Source: a virus
Virus record (IMG/VR): IMGVR_UViG_3300025585_000037
Direction: 5' to 3' (one strand)
Length of the DNA stretch: 64,000 nucleotides
The notes below the pieces were generated by a model. The model made no database searches. It was not told the origin of the DNA and saw only the letters and a list, made by a program, of their open reading frames with translations. Numbering within the stretch: position 1 is the first letter of the stretch; every line of letters begins with the position of its first letter. This document shows, piece by piece, positions 41,749-50,761 of the stretch. A program made the translations under genes and the position numbers.

Positions 41749-42849
41749 ATGTCAAGACTTACTGGAACTGATGCTCTAGGTTTAATGGAGGCATATAATG
41801 AAGTTTATGCTTCACAAGAACTTACTGAAGAGCAAGTATGGGAAGAAGTTGAATCCTGGGTCAATTCACTTGTAGAAGAAGGTTATGACCTTAGTGATTA
41901 TACTTGGGATGATCTTTATGAAGGATACCTTACAGAAATTTTAGGTATGCCTGGTGCCCAAAATTTTGGCGCTAATCTACGTCAACAGTTTGGACAAGCA
42001 CGTAGAGCAGTTGGTGGAAATATTTCTGGTGCTCTTGGTCGTTTTACAGATGCTGTAGGTTCTGGGTGGAGGGGATACACTGGACAAACTACTACTTCTA
42101 GAAATCCAGAAGCACGATTTCTTAATGCCTTTACTAGAAATGTAACTGCTCAACCAAGAGCAGCAGTTTCTGCTCTTGGTGGATTTTTGAGTGGACAACC
42201 AGCATCCTCTTCTAGACCATCTTCTTCTACAAGATCTGCTGCACCATCAAGACCCGCTCCAACTGCTGCACCATCAAGACCCGCTCCAACTGCTGCACCA
42301 CCAAGACCCGTTCCAACTGCTGCACCACCAAGACCCGTTCCAACTGCTGCACCACCAAGACCCGTTCCAACTGCTGCACCATCAGGTCCTGCTCCAATTG
42401 CTCCCTCTTCTATTGAAAGAAGAATTCCAACTTCTGCTGAACTTAGACAAGCACAGCAACTTAGAGCAACAGGTGCAAACTTGACTGGTACTGGAGCACT
42501 TGCAACTGGACCTGCAACTCCTGCTCCTGCTGCAGCAACAACTACTGCTCCTGCTGCTGCACCAAAACCAAATCTTCAGCAACAAATCAGACAGCGCAGA
42601 TTGAATATGGATTTAGATCTTTTTGACATCGTAAAAGGTTATCTGATCGATGAAGGTTATGCCGAAACCGAAGAGGCAGCAGCAGTGATTATGGCAAATA
42701 TGAGTGAAGATTGGAGAGATCAGATTCTTGAGTCTGGATACTTTCCAACAAGAGAATCACAAATGAAAGATGAAGCGAAGTATAATCTTAGAGGTCAAGC
42801 TGTAAAACCAAGAACTGTTCAGACTCAATCTACAAGACCATCTAGATAA
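41749..42849 (+). CDS. Late protein of the modular acidic-domain family with a Pro/Ala repeat
   Basis: Same N-motif; EEGYDLSDYTWDDLYEGYLTE and DEGYAETEEAAAVIMANMSEDWRDQILE modules. Confidence 0.75.
   Translation: MSRLTGTDALGLMEAYNEVYASQELTEEQVWEEVESWVNSLVEEGYDLSDYTWDDLYEGYLTEILGMPGAQNFGANLRQQFGQARRAVGGNISGALGRFTDAVGSGWRGYTGQTTTSRNPEARFLNAFTRNVTAQPRAAVSALGGFLSGQPASSSRPSSSTRSAAPSRPAPTAAPSRPAPTAAPPRPVPTAAPPRPVPTAAPPRPVPTAAPSGPAPIAPSSIERRIPTSAELRQAQQLRATGANLTGTGALATGPATPAPAAATTTAPAAAPKPNLQQQIRQRRLNMDLDLFDIVKGYLIDEGYAETEEAAAVIMANMSEDWRDQILESGYFPTRESQMKDEAKYNLRGQAVKPRTVQTQSTRPSR
42241..42402 (+). repeat. Six tandem 27-bp coding repeats (AP[S/P]RP[A/V]PTA)
   Basis: gcacca(t/c)caagacccg(c/t)tccaactgct x5 plus one degenerate copy. 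Confidence 0.95.
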
Positions 42850-42927
42850 TTAATAAGAATAATTTTTTAAAGAGGGTCTAACCAACCCTCTTTTTTTTTA
42901 TAAATAACTAAAAAGTAAGAAAGAAAA

Positions 42928-44262
42928 ATGAAGTCCTTTAGTCAATTTTTGCAAGAGTCATATTTAAGTGAAGAAATACCTGCTGGTATGACTAGAGCAC
43001 AGTATAATGCTTTACCATCAGCATCTAGAAGAAGATTGGGTGGAAGTAACGCTGCTTATGGTAAAAAAGGACAAACTTTACAGGGTTCTGCTGCTGATCT
43101 ATCAATTAGATCTGCAAGAAAAGAAATAAATCCACAAGGGAAAACTACTAAAGTTAAAAGTCCTACAAGAGGTGGTGACATAGTTCCATATAGTGCTCCA
43201 CCTAAACCAACAGCACCTGCATCTGCACAGTCAGCACCTCCAAAACCAGCAGCAATTGTAAAAGCATCTCCCTCAACTCCTGCAACAACTCCAGAAATCA
43301 AACCAGTTTCTGTAAGTGATGTAACTCCAAAACAAAAAGCACTTCCTGCTGCAAAACCAGCAGCAGCAACTGCCACTGCATCTTCTTCAACTATTAAACC
43401 TCCTGCACCAGCACAACTTCAGTCAACTAATGCAAGAAGAGCATCTGCTGCAGAAAGATTAAAAAGAGCAGCTGCTGGAACTGGACCAAGTGGAAAAACA
43501 ATTGTAACACCAACAAGACAAGCGGCAAAAGCAACAGACACCGCATTAACTGCTGCAGGAAGTGCATCAAGATTAGGAAAATTTTCAAAATTTGCAGGTC
43601 CAGCATCTGCAGTACTTGATACTGCATTATCTACTGCAGATGAAAGAGCAAAAGGATCTGGATGGGCTAGATCTCTTGCTAAAGGTGCCACAGTCGCCGC
43701 AGGAGGATTGCTTGGTGGTGCTGCGGGAGCAATTGGTGGTGGAGGTATCTTGAGTGCTGCTACAGGAACTGTTGGTGCCCTTGCAGGAGGTGCTGCTGCA
43801 GAAAAGGCATTTGATACCATTGCTGGAGCAAATGCAAAAGAAAGAGCAGCAATGGCAAAAGCAAACCGCCAGAGTCAAGCAGGAACCACTATTAAAGGTA
43901 TTGGTGGTCCAACATCATTTAGTCAGAAGAAACCAGGTGGACCAGCATTTATGTCAACCGGTGTTGGTAAACAAAGAAAAACTGTTCAACTTGCCAAGAC
44001 TGGCGTAGTTAATAGAGGTGGTCAATCAGTTGCAGGTCATCTTGCATTTAAGGGTGGTAAAGCAGTTTATAAGGCAGGTCCAAGTGCTCAATCTCTTGCC
44101 AAAACTTCTTCGAATCCATTAGAAAGAATTGGAAGAACATTTTTTGCTGGAGCATATAAACAACACGATGCTGCAAAAGCACAACAAGCACTACAAAGAG
44201 CAATCAGATCTGATGTGGAGCGTAATAAAAAACTTGGCGTAAAATATAAACCAGGGGGTTGA
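42928..44262 (+). CDS. Late Ala/Lys-rich protein with a capsid-targeting-like N-terminus
   Basis: MKSFSQFLQESYLSE; glycine-zipper-like GGLLGGAAGAIGGGG; TATAAATA at 42899. Confidence 0.7.
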   Translation: MKSFSQFLQESYLSEEIPAGMTRAQYNALPSASRRRLGGSNAAYGKKGQTLQGSAADLSIRSARKEINPQGKTTKVKSPTRGGDIVPYSAPPKPTAPASAQSAPPKPAAIVKASPSTPATTPEIKPVSVSDVTPKQKALPAAKPAAATATASSSTIKPPAPAQLQSTNARRASAAERLKRAAAGTGPSGKTIVTPTRQAAKATDTALTAAGSASRLGKFSKFAGPASAVLDTALSTADERAKGSGWARSLAKGATVAAGGLLGGAAGAIGGGGILSAATGTVGALAGGAAAEKAFDTIAGANAKERAAMAKANRQSQAGTTIKGIGGPTSFSQKKPGGPAFMSTGVGKQRKTVQLAKTGVVNRGGQSVAGHLAFKGGKAVYKAGPSAQSLAKTSSNPLERIGRTFFAGAYKQHDAAKAQQALQRAIRSDVERNKKLGVKYKPGG

Positions 44263-44303
44263 TTTTTATAAATATCTGTATATAAAAGCACTAATTCATA
44301 ACC

Positions 44304-45767
44304 ATGTCTAGAGTTTCGCAAGGTTCCATTAATGATATTGCATATCTATATGAAGAAATTAATATTCAACAAAATGATTTTTTGAATGAAGAGTCTGAAT
44401 ATTATGATTCCGAAACGGCAGAAATAGTAGAAGATATTCTTTCTACTATTTCAATTTCAATGGTTTATGAGGGATATAGTGCCGAAGGTATTATTGGATT
44501 TCTTTCTAATTCATCTGAAGAAATTATTATTGAAAAATATTTAAATTTTAATGAAAATATCCTTACAGAAAGTACAGTTCCTGAAGATTATATTTTAGAA
44601 CAGTTGGAAATTTTTGATATTGCAATTGATGAAGGTATAGCATCACTAATTACAAGAGTTGCAAAAGGTGCTTTAGGTCTTGCAAAAAGAGCGGTAACAA
44701 AACCTGCAAGAACTAGAGTATCTAAAATACTATCAAATGCGAAAAACCCAGAAGAAGCAAGAAAAATGCTTCAGAGAGTTGCTCAAAATTCTGCAAGGAA
44801 ATCTAATGTTGGTGGTTATAGTTCTACAATGTCTCCAGTTGGAGGTGGTAAATTAACAGGAAGACAATCTGCAGAATTACTGACAAAAGCAAAAATAGGA
44901 CAAGCAGTTAAAAAAGTAAAAGATATTGCTAAAAGTGCAAAGGCGGCATTAACAGGTACAACAGCAAAAAGAATTCTTAAAGGCGTAGGAATTGTTGGAT
45001 TGGGTGGATTAGGTGGGTATCTTGGCGCAAAACTGGCAGGTGCCGGAAGTGGTGGGCAAGAACAAAAACCATCAAGTTCTCAAAGAGCAGATCAACCTTC
45101 AACACCACCAGCGGCGCCTAGAGGGGGTTCAGGGGTACCTTCTGGAGGTGGCGGTGGTAGAGGCGTTACTCCTTCTGGAGGCGGTGGAGGGGCAGGGAGA
45201 GGTACTCCACAAAGAAGAACTCCACAACCATCAGGACAGACTGGTGACAAAGAAAAAGATATGGAGACCTGGGCAAGAGCAAATCCAAAACTCGCCGCAA
45301 GAGTAAAACCAGGACAAGCAGGTTATGATGTTATTTCAAGATTAAGAGATAAACCAAGTGATTATGAGAAACAGGATCAAACTCCAACTCAAGGATCACC
45401 AACTGCTCAAATAAATCCCAGTTCTGTACAGGCAGATATTGAAGCAGAAAAAGAAAGAATGAGAAAAAGAGAAGAACAACAAAAAAATAATGCAACCACA
45501 ACTACTAAAGAATCCTATGAACCTTATGACATTATTTTAGAGTATTTAATTGGAAAAGGTCATGCAGATACGATTGACGAAGCAAATTATATCATGATGG
45601 AAATGGATCAGAATGCCATTGGAATTATCATGCAAGAATACAATGATTATTTACTTGCTGAGCAAGTATCTGAATGGGTTGATGAACTTTTAGGGGAAGG
45701 TTATGATCTTTCGGATTATACATGGGATGATATCGTTGAATATTATGTGACTGAAGCAAGAAGATGA
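44304..45767 (+). CDS. Late protein of the modular acidic-domain family
   Basis: EYLIGKGHADTIDEANYIMMEM and GEGYDLSDYTWDDIVEYYVTE modules; Gly-rich hydrophobic segment; TATAAATA at 44267. Confidence 0.72.
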   Translation: MSRVSQGSINDIAYLYEEINIQQNDFLNEESEYYDSETAEIVEDILSTISISMVYEGYSAEGIIGFLSNSSEEIIIEKYLNFNENILTESTVPEDYILEQLEIFDIAIDEGIASLITRVAKGALGLAKRAVTKPARTRVSKILSNAKNPEEARKMLQRVAQNSARKSNVGGYSSTMSPVGGGKLTGRQSAELLTKAKIGQAVKKVKDIAKSAKAALTGTTAKRILKGVGIVGLGGLGGYLGAKLAGAGSGGQEQKPSSSQRADQPSTPPAAPRGGSGVPSGGGGGRGVTPSGGGGGAGRGTPQRRTPQPSGQTGDKEKDMETWARANPKLAARVKPGQAGYDVISRLRDKPSDYEKQDQTPTQGSPTAQINPSSVQADIEAEKERMRKREEQQKNNATTTTKESYEPYDIILEYLIGKGHADTIDEANYIMMEMDQNAIGIIMQEYNDYLLAEQVSEWVDELLGEGYDLSDYTWDDIVEYYVTEARR

Positions 45768-45910
45768 ACAAAGAAGTAGGGATAGAGATGGGATGAGTAG
45801 AGGAACTTGGGATAAGGATTGATTGAATTATAACATAAGATCAAGGGGGTTGACAAGACCCCCTTTTTATTGCTAGACTAGGTTTGTCGCCTTTGAAGAT
45901 CAGGGCTTAG

Positions 45911-46333
45911 CTAATAATTAGAAGACTTAATAACGACACCATAAATCCTTTCAGATTCACTCATATAATAAGTACCACCAATATTCGTATTGTAATACTC
46001 TTCACTCATTAATACATTACGATTAAATTGCTCATAAGTTTCATAATAACTCATAGATTTCTTATGAGGACAAAGATATAGTATTTCACGAAGAAACTTA
46101 TCTTCACCTAAGACCTTAACATCTGCTTTTAAGTCATCAGATGAACTAAAGTAAGATTTCCAATCAGATTCTTCTGTCTTTCTTCTACCAGTCTTCTTAT
46201 TTTTTTGTCTAGTCCAGAAGTGTTTTTTACCAATATATTTTTTATTATTTGCTAAGTTTGTAATTAGATAAACAAAACCTTCCATACCTTTAGGTACTTC
46301 ATCAAAGTCCTCACCGTTATATTGCCACTTCAT
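45911..46333 (-). CDS. Small GIY-YIG (Seg-like) endonuclease
   Basis: GFVYLITN..NNKKYIGKK, Y.SSS, C-terminal YNTNIGG; TAAATA on the minus strand at 46355-46350. Confidence 0.8.
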   Translation of the reverse strand: MKWQYNGEDFDEVPKGMEGFVYLITNLANNKKYIGKKHFWTRQKNKKTGRRKTEESDWKSYFSSSDDLKADVKVLGEDKFLREILYLCPHKKSMSYYETYEQFNRNVLMSEEYYNTNIGGTYYMSESERIYGVVIKSSNY

Positions 46334-46414
46334 AAGAATTGTTTATCTGTATTTAGAGTTGACAGGAAATCCAGATATGATAGAGTGAGATGAAACCTCA
46401 AATTCCTAAATATT

Positions 46415-46621
46415 ATGAGCACTCTGGTACAAACTCTTCGTATTAGTCACGATTGGGCAGTTGATCGTATTCAGTTCTTATCCAATAAGAATATTGATGA
46501 TGCCCATGCAATTCAGTCTGAATTTTATGAGTGGTTGAATCCAAATATTCCAGAGCATGATATTTTCTCATTAGAGTTCATAGGAGAGGAGAATGACCCT
46601 AGATCTTCACAATTTTTTTAA
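46415..46621 (+). CDS. Small hypothetical
   Basis: 68 aa; TTGACA promoter upstream at 46359. Confidence 0.6.
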   Translation: MSTLVQTLRISHDWAVDRIQFLSNKNIDDAHAIQSEFYEWLNPNIPEHDIFSLEFIGEENDPRSSQFF

Positions 46622-47264
46622 GTATTATGATGATGGTAATGAAAACCATGTAGCAGCAGTTCAGTGGTTAGAAGACAATCTACCTGCTGAATTTCTTGAT
46701 GATTCTGAAACAGATTGGATTGGAATTTATAGAACTAAACCACCTACACCAGCAGTTCTAAATGTTCCATATTTCAATCAGGTGGATAACTATAGAGACG
46801 CACATCGTACTTGCAATAGTTCTTCTTGTGCGATGTGTTTAGCATTTTTAAAACCAGGAAGTATTAAAGGTGATGATGAGTATGTAAAGAAAGTTTTTGA
46901 AATTGGTGACACAACTGATCATGCTGTACAGACAAGAGTTCTAGAAGCATACGGAGTTAAATCACATTTCAGTTATAATCTTTCTTTTGCTGATATTGAT
47001 AAGAGTCTAGATGCAGGAAAACCAGTAGTCATTGGTATTTTACATCGTGGACCTTTAACTGCTCCTACCGGTGGTCATATGGTAGTTGTAATTGGTAAGA
47101 CACCTGATGGTAAAGGATATTATGTAAACGATCCGTATGGTTCCTGCAATGATAACTATACTGGTCCTGTGACAAACGGTAAGAAAACCATTTACACCAA
47201 AGCAATGCTTAAGTACCGTTGGTGCCCAGGAGGAAATGATGGATGGGGCAGAATCTTCGATTAA
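46593..47264 (+). CDS. C39-like cysteine peptidase (putative cell-wall hydrolase)
   Basis: LNVPYFNQ...TCNSSSCAM (Cys), GGHMVVVIG (His), VNDPYG (Asp). Confidence 0.75.
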   Translation: MTLDLHNFFKYYDDGNENHVAAVQWLEDNLPAEFLDDSETDWIGIYRTKPPTPAVLNVPYFNQVDNYRDAHRTCNSSSCAMCLAFLKPGSIKGDDEYVKKVFEIGDTTDHAVQTRVLEAYGVKSHFSYNLSFADIDKSLDAGKPVVIGILHRGPLTAPTGGHMVVVIGKTPDGKGYYVNDPYGSCNDNYTGPVTNGKKTIYTKAMLKYRWCPGGNDGWGRIFD

Positions 47265-47277
47265 TTTCAAAAGAAAG

Positions 47278-47376
47278 ATGTTAAAAGTGATTAAAGACCT
47301 TACAAATAACGGAAAGCACCTAGAAGCAAATCAACTCTATCAAAAATACTTTGGAGGTAAAAATGGCAAAAATTGA
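47278..47376 (+). CDS. 32-aa ORF (not in ORF track)
   Basis: Hand translation [32 protein letters not shown]. Confidence 0.4.
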   Translation: MLKVIKDLTNNGKHLEANQLYQKYFGGKNGKN

Positions 47377-48076
47377 TCTTCATAACTTTTTTAAGTTTTA
47401 TGATGAAAAGAATCCCAATCATATCAAAGCAGTTCAATGGTTAGAAGATAATCTACCCGTTAAGTATCTGGAAGATAATGCCGATTGGGCAGAGATTTAT
47501 AGAAAAAAGACTAGTGCCGCTGCCTCAACTGGTGGTAGTGGCGGAACCACATTAGTCACCAAGGCACAACTCGCACATATCTGGAATTGTGGTGAAAATC
47601 TAATCACAGATGCAGAAGTTGCTGAAATGAATTCTGGACTCAACTTCTTCAAAATTAATACACCAGTCCGTATTCGTCATTTCCTTTCACAGATTTCACA
47701 CGAATCTGGTGGTGGAAGATATAAGGAAGAACTTGCTTCTGGTGCTGATTACGAAGGTCGTTCAGATCTTGGTAATACTCAACCAGGAGATGGTAAGAAG
47801 TTTAAGGGTGCTGGATACATTCAAATGACTGGTCGTGCAAACTATCAGGCATTTGCAAATTATATTAAAGACCCCAAAGTAATGGAGGGTGTATCTTATG
47901 TTGCTGATAAGTATCCAGTCACTAGCGCAGGATTCTGGTGGCATAATAATAATATGAATGCTCTATGTGACTCAAATCCAACAGTTGATCAAGTTACTAA
48001 AAGAGTCAACGGTGGTTATAATGGGTTAGATGATCGTAAGAGATATTACAATAGATGCTGTGAGGTTATTAAGTAA
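47351..48076 (+). CDS. GH19 (chitinase-like) endolysin; probable start 47363
   Basis: [51 protein letters not shown]. Confidence 0.9.
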   Translation: MEVKMAKIDLHNFFKFYDEKNPNHIKAVQWLEDNLPVKYLEDNADWAEIYRKKTSAAASTGGSGGTTLVTKAQLAHIWNCGENLITDAEVAEMNSGLNFFKINTPVRIRHFLSQISHESGGGRYKEELASGADYEGRSDLGNTQPGDGKKFKGAGYIQMTGRANYQAFANYIKDPKVMEGVSYVADKYPVTSAGFWWHNNNMNALCDSNPTVDQVTKRVNGGYNGLDDRKRYYNRCCEVIK

Positions 48077-48097
48077 ACATTCACAAAACATAGAAAA

Positions 48098-48457
48098 ATG
48101 TTACAAACTCAAAAAAGAGAAAAAGCTATGGGACAATTAATTCGTATTGCTATTTTGAGTTGGTCTGCTGCGTTGCTTACAGCATCATATGCTGGTCTTC
48201 TTGCTAAGATGGACCCCACATTTATTGCCACTGTATTTACTGCTTCTGCAGCAACTTTTGGTATTAACACTATGAAGAAGGATGGACCTGAAGATGCCAG
48301 ACGAGATTCTCAACCTGCAGTCACCTCAGTTGAACCAACTCCAGAACCAGAACCTCCAGCAGATACCGCAGTCTCAAATACCTCAACTGCAGGTTGCCAG
48401 AACTGTGATTCAGGAGATTCCTCAACCGATAATTCAGTCCCTGTCGGCAGAGTCTAA
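48098..48457 (+). CDS. Two-TM membrane protein (holin-like candidate)
   Basis: LIRIAILSWSAALLTASYAG and FIATVFTASAATFGI hydrophobic helices; follows the endolysin. Confidence 0.55.
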   Translation: MLQTQKREKAMGQLIRIAILSWSAALLTASYAGLLAKMDPTFIATVFTASAATFGINTMKKDGPEDARRDSQPAVTSVEPTPEPEPPADTAVSNTSTAGCQNCDSGDSSTDNSVPVGRV

Positions 48458-49187
48458 GTCTTTAAGACCTCCAGTTACAAGGGGTTTGGCACTTCCTATT
48501 TTTGAAGTGCCAAACTTTACTTTAGATTATCCTGTGATTGATGTTCCAACTCAGGAAGAGTTTGATGCTGCAGTAAAAGCAGATAAGGAAAAACAACAAC
48601 AGGAAATTGATAAACCCAGAGGACTACCTAATACCTCCCCCCCTCAATTGCCTCAGGTTGTTCAAACCCCCCCTTCTCAAACTCCCATTGCTGAAATACC
48701 AGCAGATAAACCTCAACCAACTTTTACAGTCCTTGGAACCGATATTAATCTACCTGATCCTTCTCTTGTTGCTACGGCAGGTGCTGTCGCGGTAGTTACA
48801 ACTGCTGCTACAATGATGGCAACAACGACACTCAATGCCCTTAAGAACGCAGCAGAACCATTAATTAAAGAGGCAACTAAGAATAAGTTTAAAATCAAAA
48901 TTAAACAAGTTAAACCAGTTCTGCATTATGTCTTAGCAGAAGAGGGGCATATTGATATCTTTGAGTATTCTGCTGAAGGAACTAAAATGATTGGTCAAAC
49001 GGATAACGTGGAGCAATATATTCGTGACCAAGTTGAAATTAATGCATTGTATGAGATTGATAATAAGATTATTATTGATGATGTTATTTCAAATAAATTT
49101 ACAAAAGAGGGGCAGAAGAGATTCAAACCTCTCTTTGCCCCTGCGAAAAAAATTGCTAAAAAACTTTCAGCAAGATTATCTTTTTAA
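48282..49187 (+). CDS. Hypothetical membrane-anchored protein
   Basis: Pro/Gln-rich N-half, hydrophobic LVATAGAVAVVTTAATMMA. Confidence 0.65.
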   Translation: MDLKMPDEILNLQSPQLNQLQNQNLQQIPQSQIPQLQVARTVIQEIPQPIIQSLSAESKSLRPPVTRGLALPIFEVPNFTLDYPVIDVPTQEEFDAAVKADKEKQQQEIDKPRGLPNTSPPQLPQVVQTPPSQTPIAEIPADKPQPTFTVLGTDINLPDPSLVATAGAVAVVTTAATMMATTTLNALKNAAEPLIKEATKNKFKIKIKQVKPVLHYVLAEEGHIDIFEYSAEGTKMIGQTDNVEQYIRDQVEINALYEIDNKIIIDDVISNKFTKEGQKRFKPLFAPAKKIAKKLSARLSF

Positions 49188-49310
49188 AAATCTATATTTG
49201 AAATAACCCAAGTGATAATTGCTGCTGGTATATAAGCAATTATGTTGTATAATGAATCAAGAAGAAAGTTATTAAATCTTGATTCCTTTTTTTCTTCCTT
49301 CTTTTTTTCC

Positions 49311-49550
49311 TCAGACTTTTGTATTGTTTGAGTCATTTTTCTTTTTTAATTTGAATGCAGCATCACCAAGAAATGATCCCACAGCAAGAGTAAGAACCTT
49401 GGCATATGCATCTCTGTTTGTGGATTCCAATTCAACCATTCCTTCACTACGAATGGAAACGGATTCTACTGCAGAAATCATAAGAGCACTCCAAACAATA
49501 AGAAATAATCTAACGATATTGAAGTAAGTCATATTAGAATGGTAATCCAA
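49311..49550 (-). CDS. Small membrane hypothetical
   Basis: IVRLFLIVWSALMISA hydrophobic stretch; in the minus-strand operon. Confidence 0.5.
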   Translation of the reverse strand: MDYHSNMTYFNIVRLFLIVWSALMISAVESVSIRSEGMVELESTNRDAYAKVLTLAVGSFLGDAAFKLKKKNDSNNTKV

Positions 49551-49746
49551 ACTTTTGAGTATTTATCTTGGGCATTTGTAGTTTTTCAAATGTTTTATTG
49601 ACCTGATTCTCCACAACCTTACCAACAAACTGTTCTGGGTTGTTTAAGATTGCCTCTGCTTTCTTATAAGTCACATAAGCACCATAACAAAGTGCTCCAC
49701 TAATGAGAAGACTTGTCGTTGATAGAATGAGTGCCAGGTTCTTCAT
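49534..49746 (-). CDS. Small signal-anchor protein
   Basis: MKNLALILSTTSLLISGALCYGAY. Confidence 0.65.
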   Translation of the reverse strand: MKNLALILSTTSLLISGALCYGAYVTYKKAEAILNNPEQFVGKVVENQVNKTFEKLQMPKINTQKFGLPF

Positions 49747-49848
49747 CTTTCATTTCCTCGTGTGCTAGTTTTAATATGTAGTAGATTACATATGCCGTAA
49801 AGATAAGACCGCAACTTAGTATAATTACTACTCCCCAAGGAAATGTAT

Positions 49849-50043
49849 TCATTCTCGTCTCTCTTGCTTATGTATCCAAACTTTCAAATCTTTTACATAG
49901 TTTCTTAATATTTCTGCTTGTGATAAATGCCACTCATCTTCAGTCTTGATATAGTTCTTAATGTGCTCATCTACGGCATCAAGACATTTTTTAATTACTG
50001 GATTCCAAGGTTCTCGAATCGGGGTGTTCCATTCTCTTGCCAT
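49849..50043 (-). CDS. Conserved cyanophage hypothetical
   Basis: MAREWNTPIREPWNPVIKKCL. Confidence 0.7.
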   Translation of the reverse strand: MAREWNTPIREPWNPVIKKCLDAVDEHIKNYIKTEDEWHLSQAEILRNYVKDLKVWIHKQERRE

Positions 50044-50137
50044 AATACCTCATTTTTTCTTACCACCGTTCTTTGCTTTTTTTGCAGTCGCATTACCAGA
50101 ATTTTGCTTTTTATTATTAGCAGATCCTTTCTTACCC

Positions 50138-50761
50138 TTATTTGCGGACTTGGACATTTGTTTGTACCGTTGGTAACTTAGTATTTATTGAATTTACGGG
50201 ATCTATTGTAACAATTTTAGGTGGTTGAACAATTACATCAGCACAAACTTTTGCATAAGGACTTGTTGGGTGGAAATCAATTCCACTTTTTTTTGCTTCT
50301 CCACATTTTAATAATCTTACCAATTCAAAATCTAAACGACTTTTTGAAACCTCACTTTCTTGCCTTGCAATCTCTGTACGAACTCTTTGCTTACAGAGTT
50401 CTTGTAACGAACCATCAAGGGGAATAGAAAATCCTGCAGATACTCCTGCATTTATTGAACCTGTTTGAAAACTTTCTGGATCTTTATTGAGATTTAAATT
50501 GTTATACCCAAAGGTTTGTAAGTTGAGTGTTGGACCTTGACACGAAACACCAGCACCATAAGTATTCACAGCAAAAGGACCTTGTAACACTTGCACTGCC
50601 TGGTTCGTCACATTACCAGTCGCAGATGCTTGGGGTCCTGCTATATTTGTATTGGATGGTGCCTGTTGAGCATAAGCACCTAAACCCAGTAAAAATACTA
50701 TTGTGTGAATACAGAGATGCTGTTTGTAACCGAATCTTCTACGGTTTTGCGATCTATCCAT
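50138..50761 (-). CDS. Putative exported protein
   Basis: IVFLLGLGAYA|QQ signal-like; SATGNVTNQAVQ; Cys pairs CQG..., C..CG...C. Confidence 0.7.
   Translation of the reverse strand: MDRSQNRRRFGYKQHLCIHTIVFLLGLGAYAQQAPSNTNIAGPQASATGNVTNQAVQVLQGPFAVNTYGAGVSCQGPTLNLQTFGYNNLNLNKDPESFQTGSINAGVSAGFSIPLDGSLQELCKQRVRTEIARQESEVSKSRLDFELVRLLKCGEAKKSGIDFHPTSPYAKVCADVIVQPPKIVTIDPVNSINTKLPTVQTNVQVRK

Noticed and set aside
42241-42402. 27-bp repeats as a possible CRISPR array
   Set aside because: Repeats are contiguous with no spacers, in frame within a CDS, and there are no cas genes
49279-49527. Plus-strand 82-aa ORF opposite the minus operon
   Set aside because: Antisense shadow of 49311..49550; Phe-rich from an A-rich minus strand; no promoter or SD
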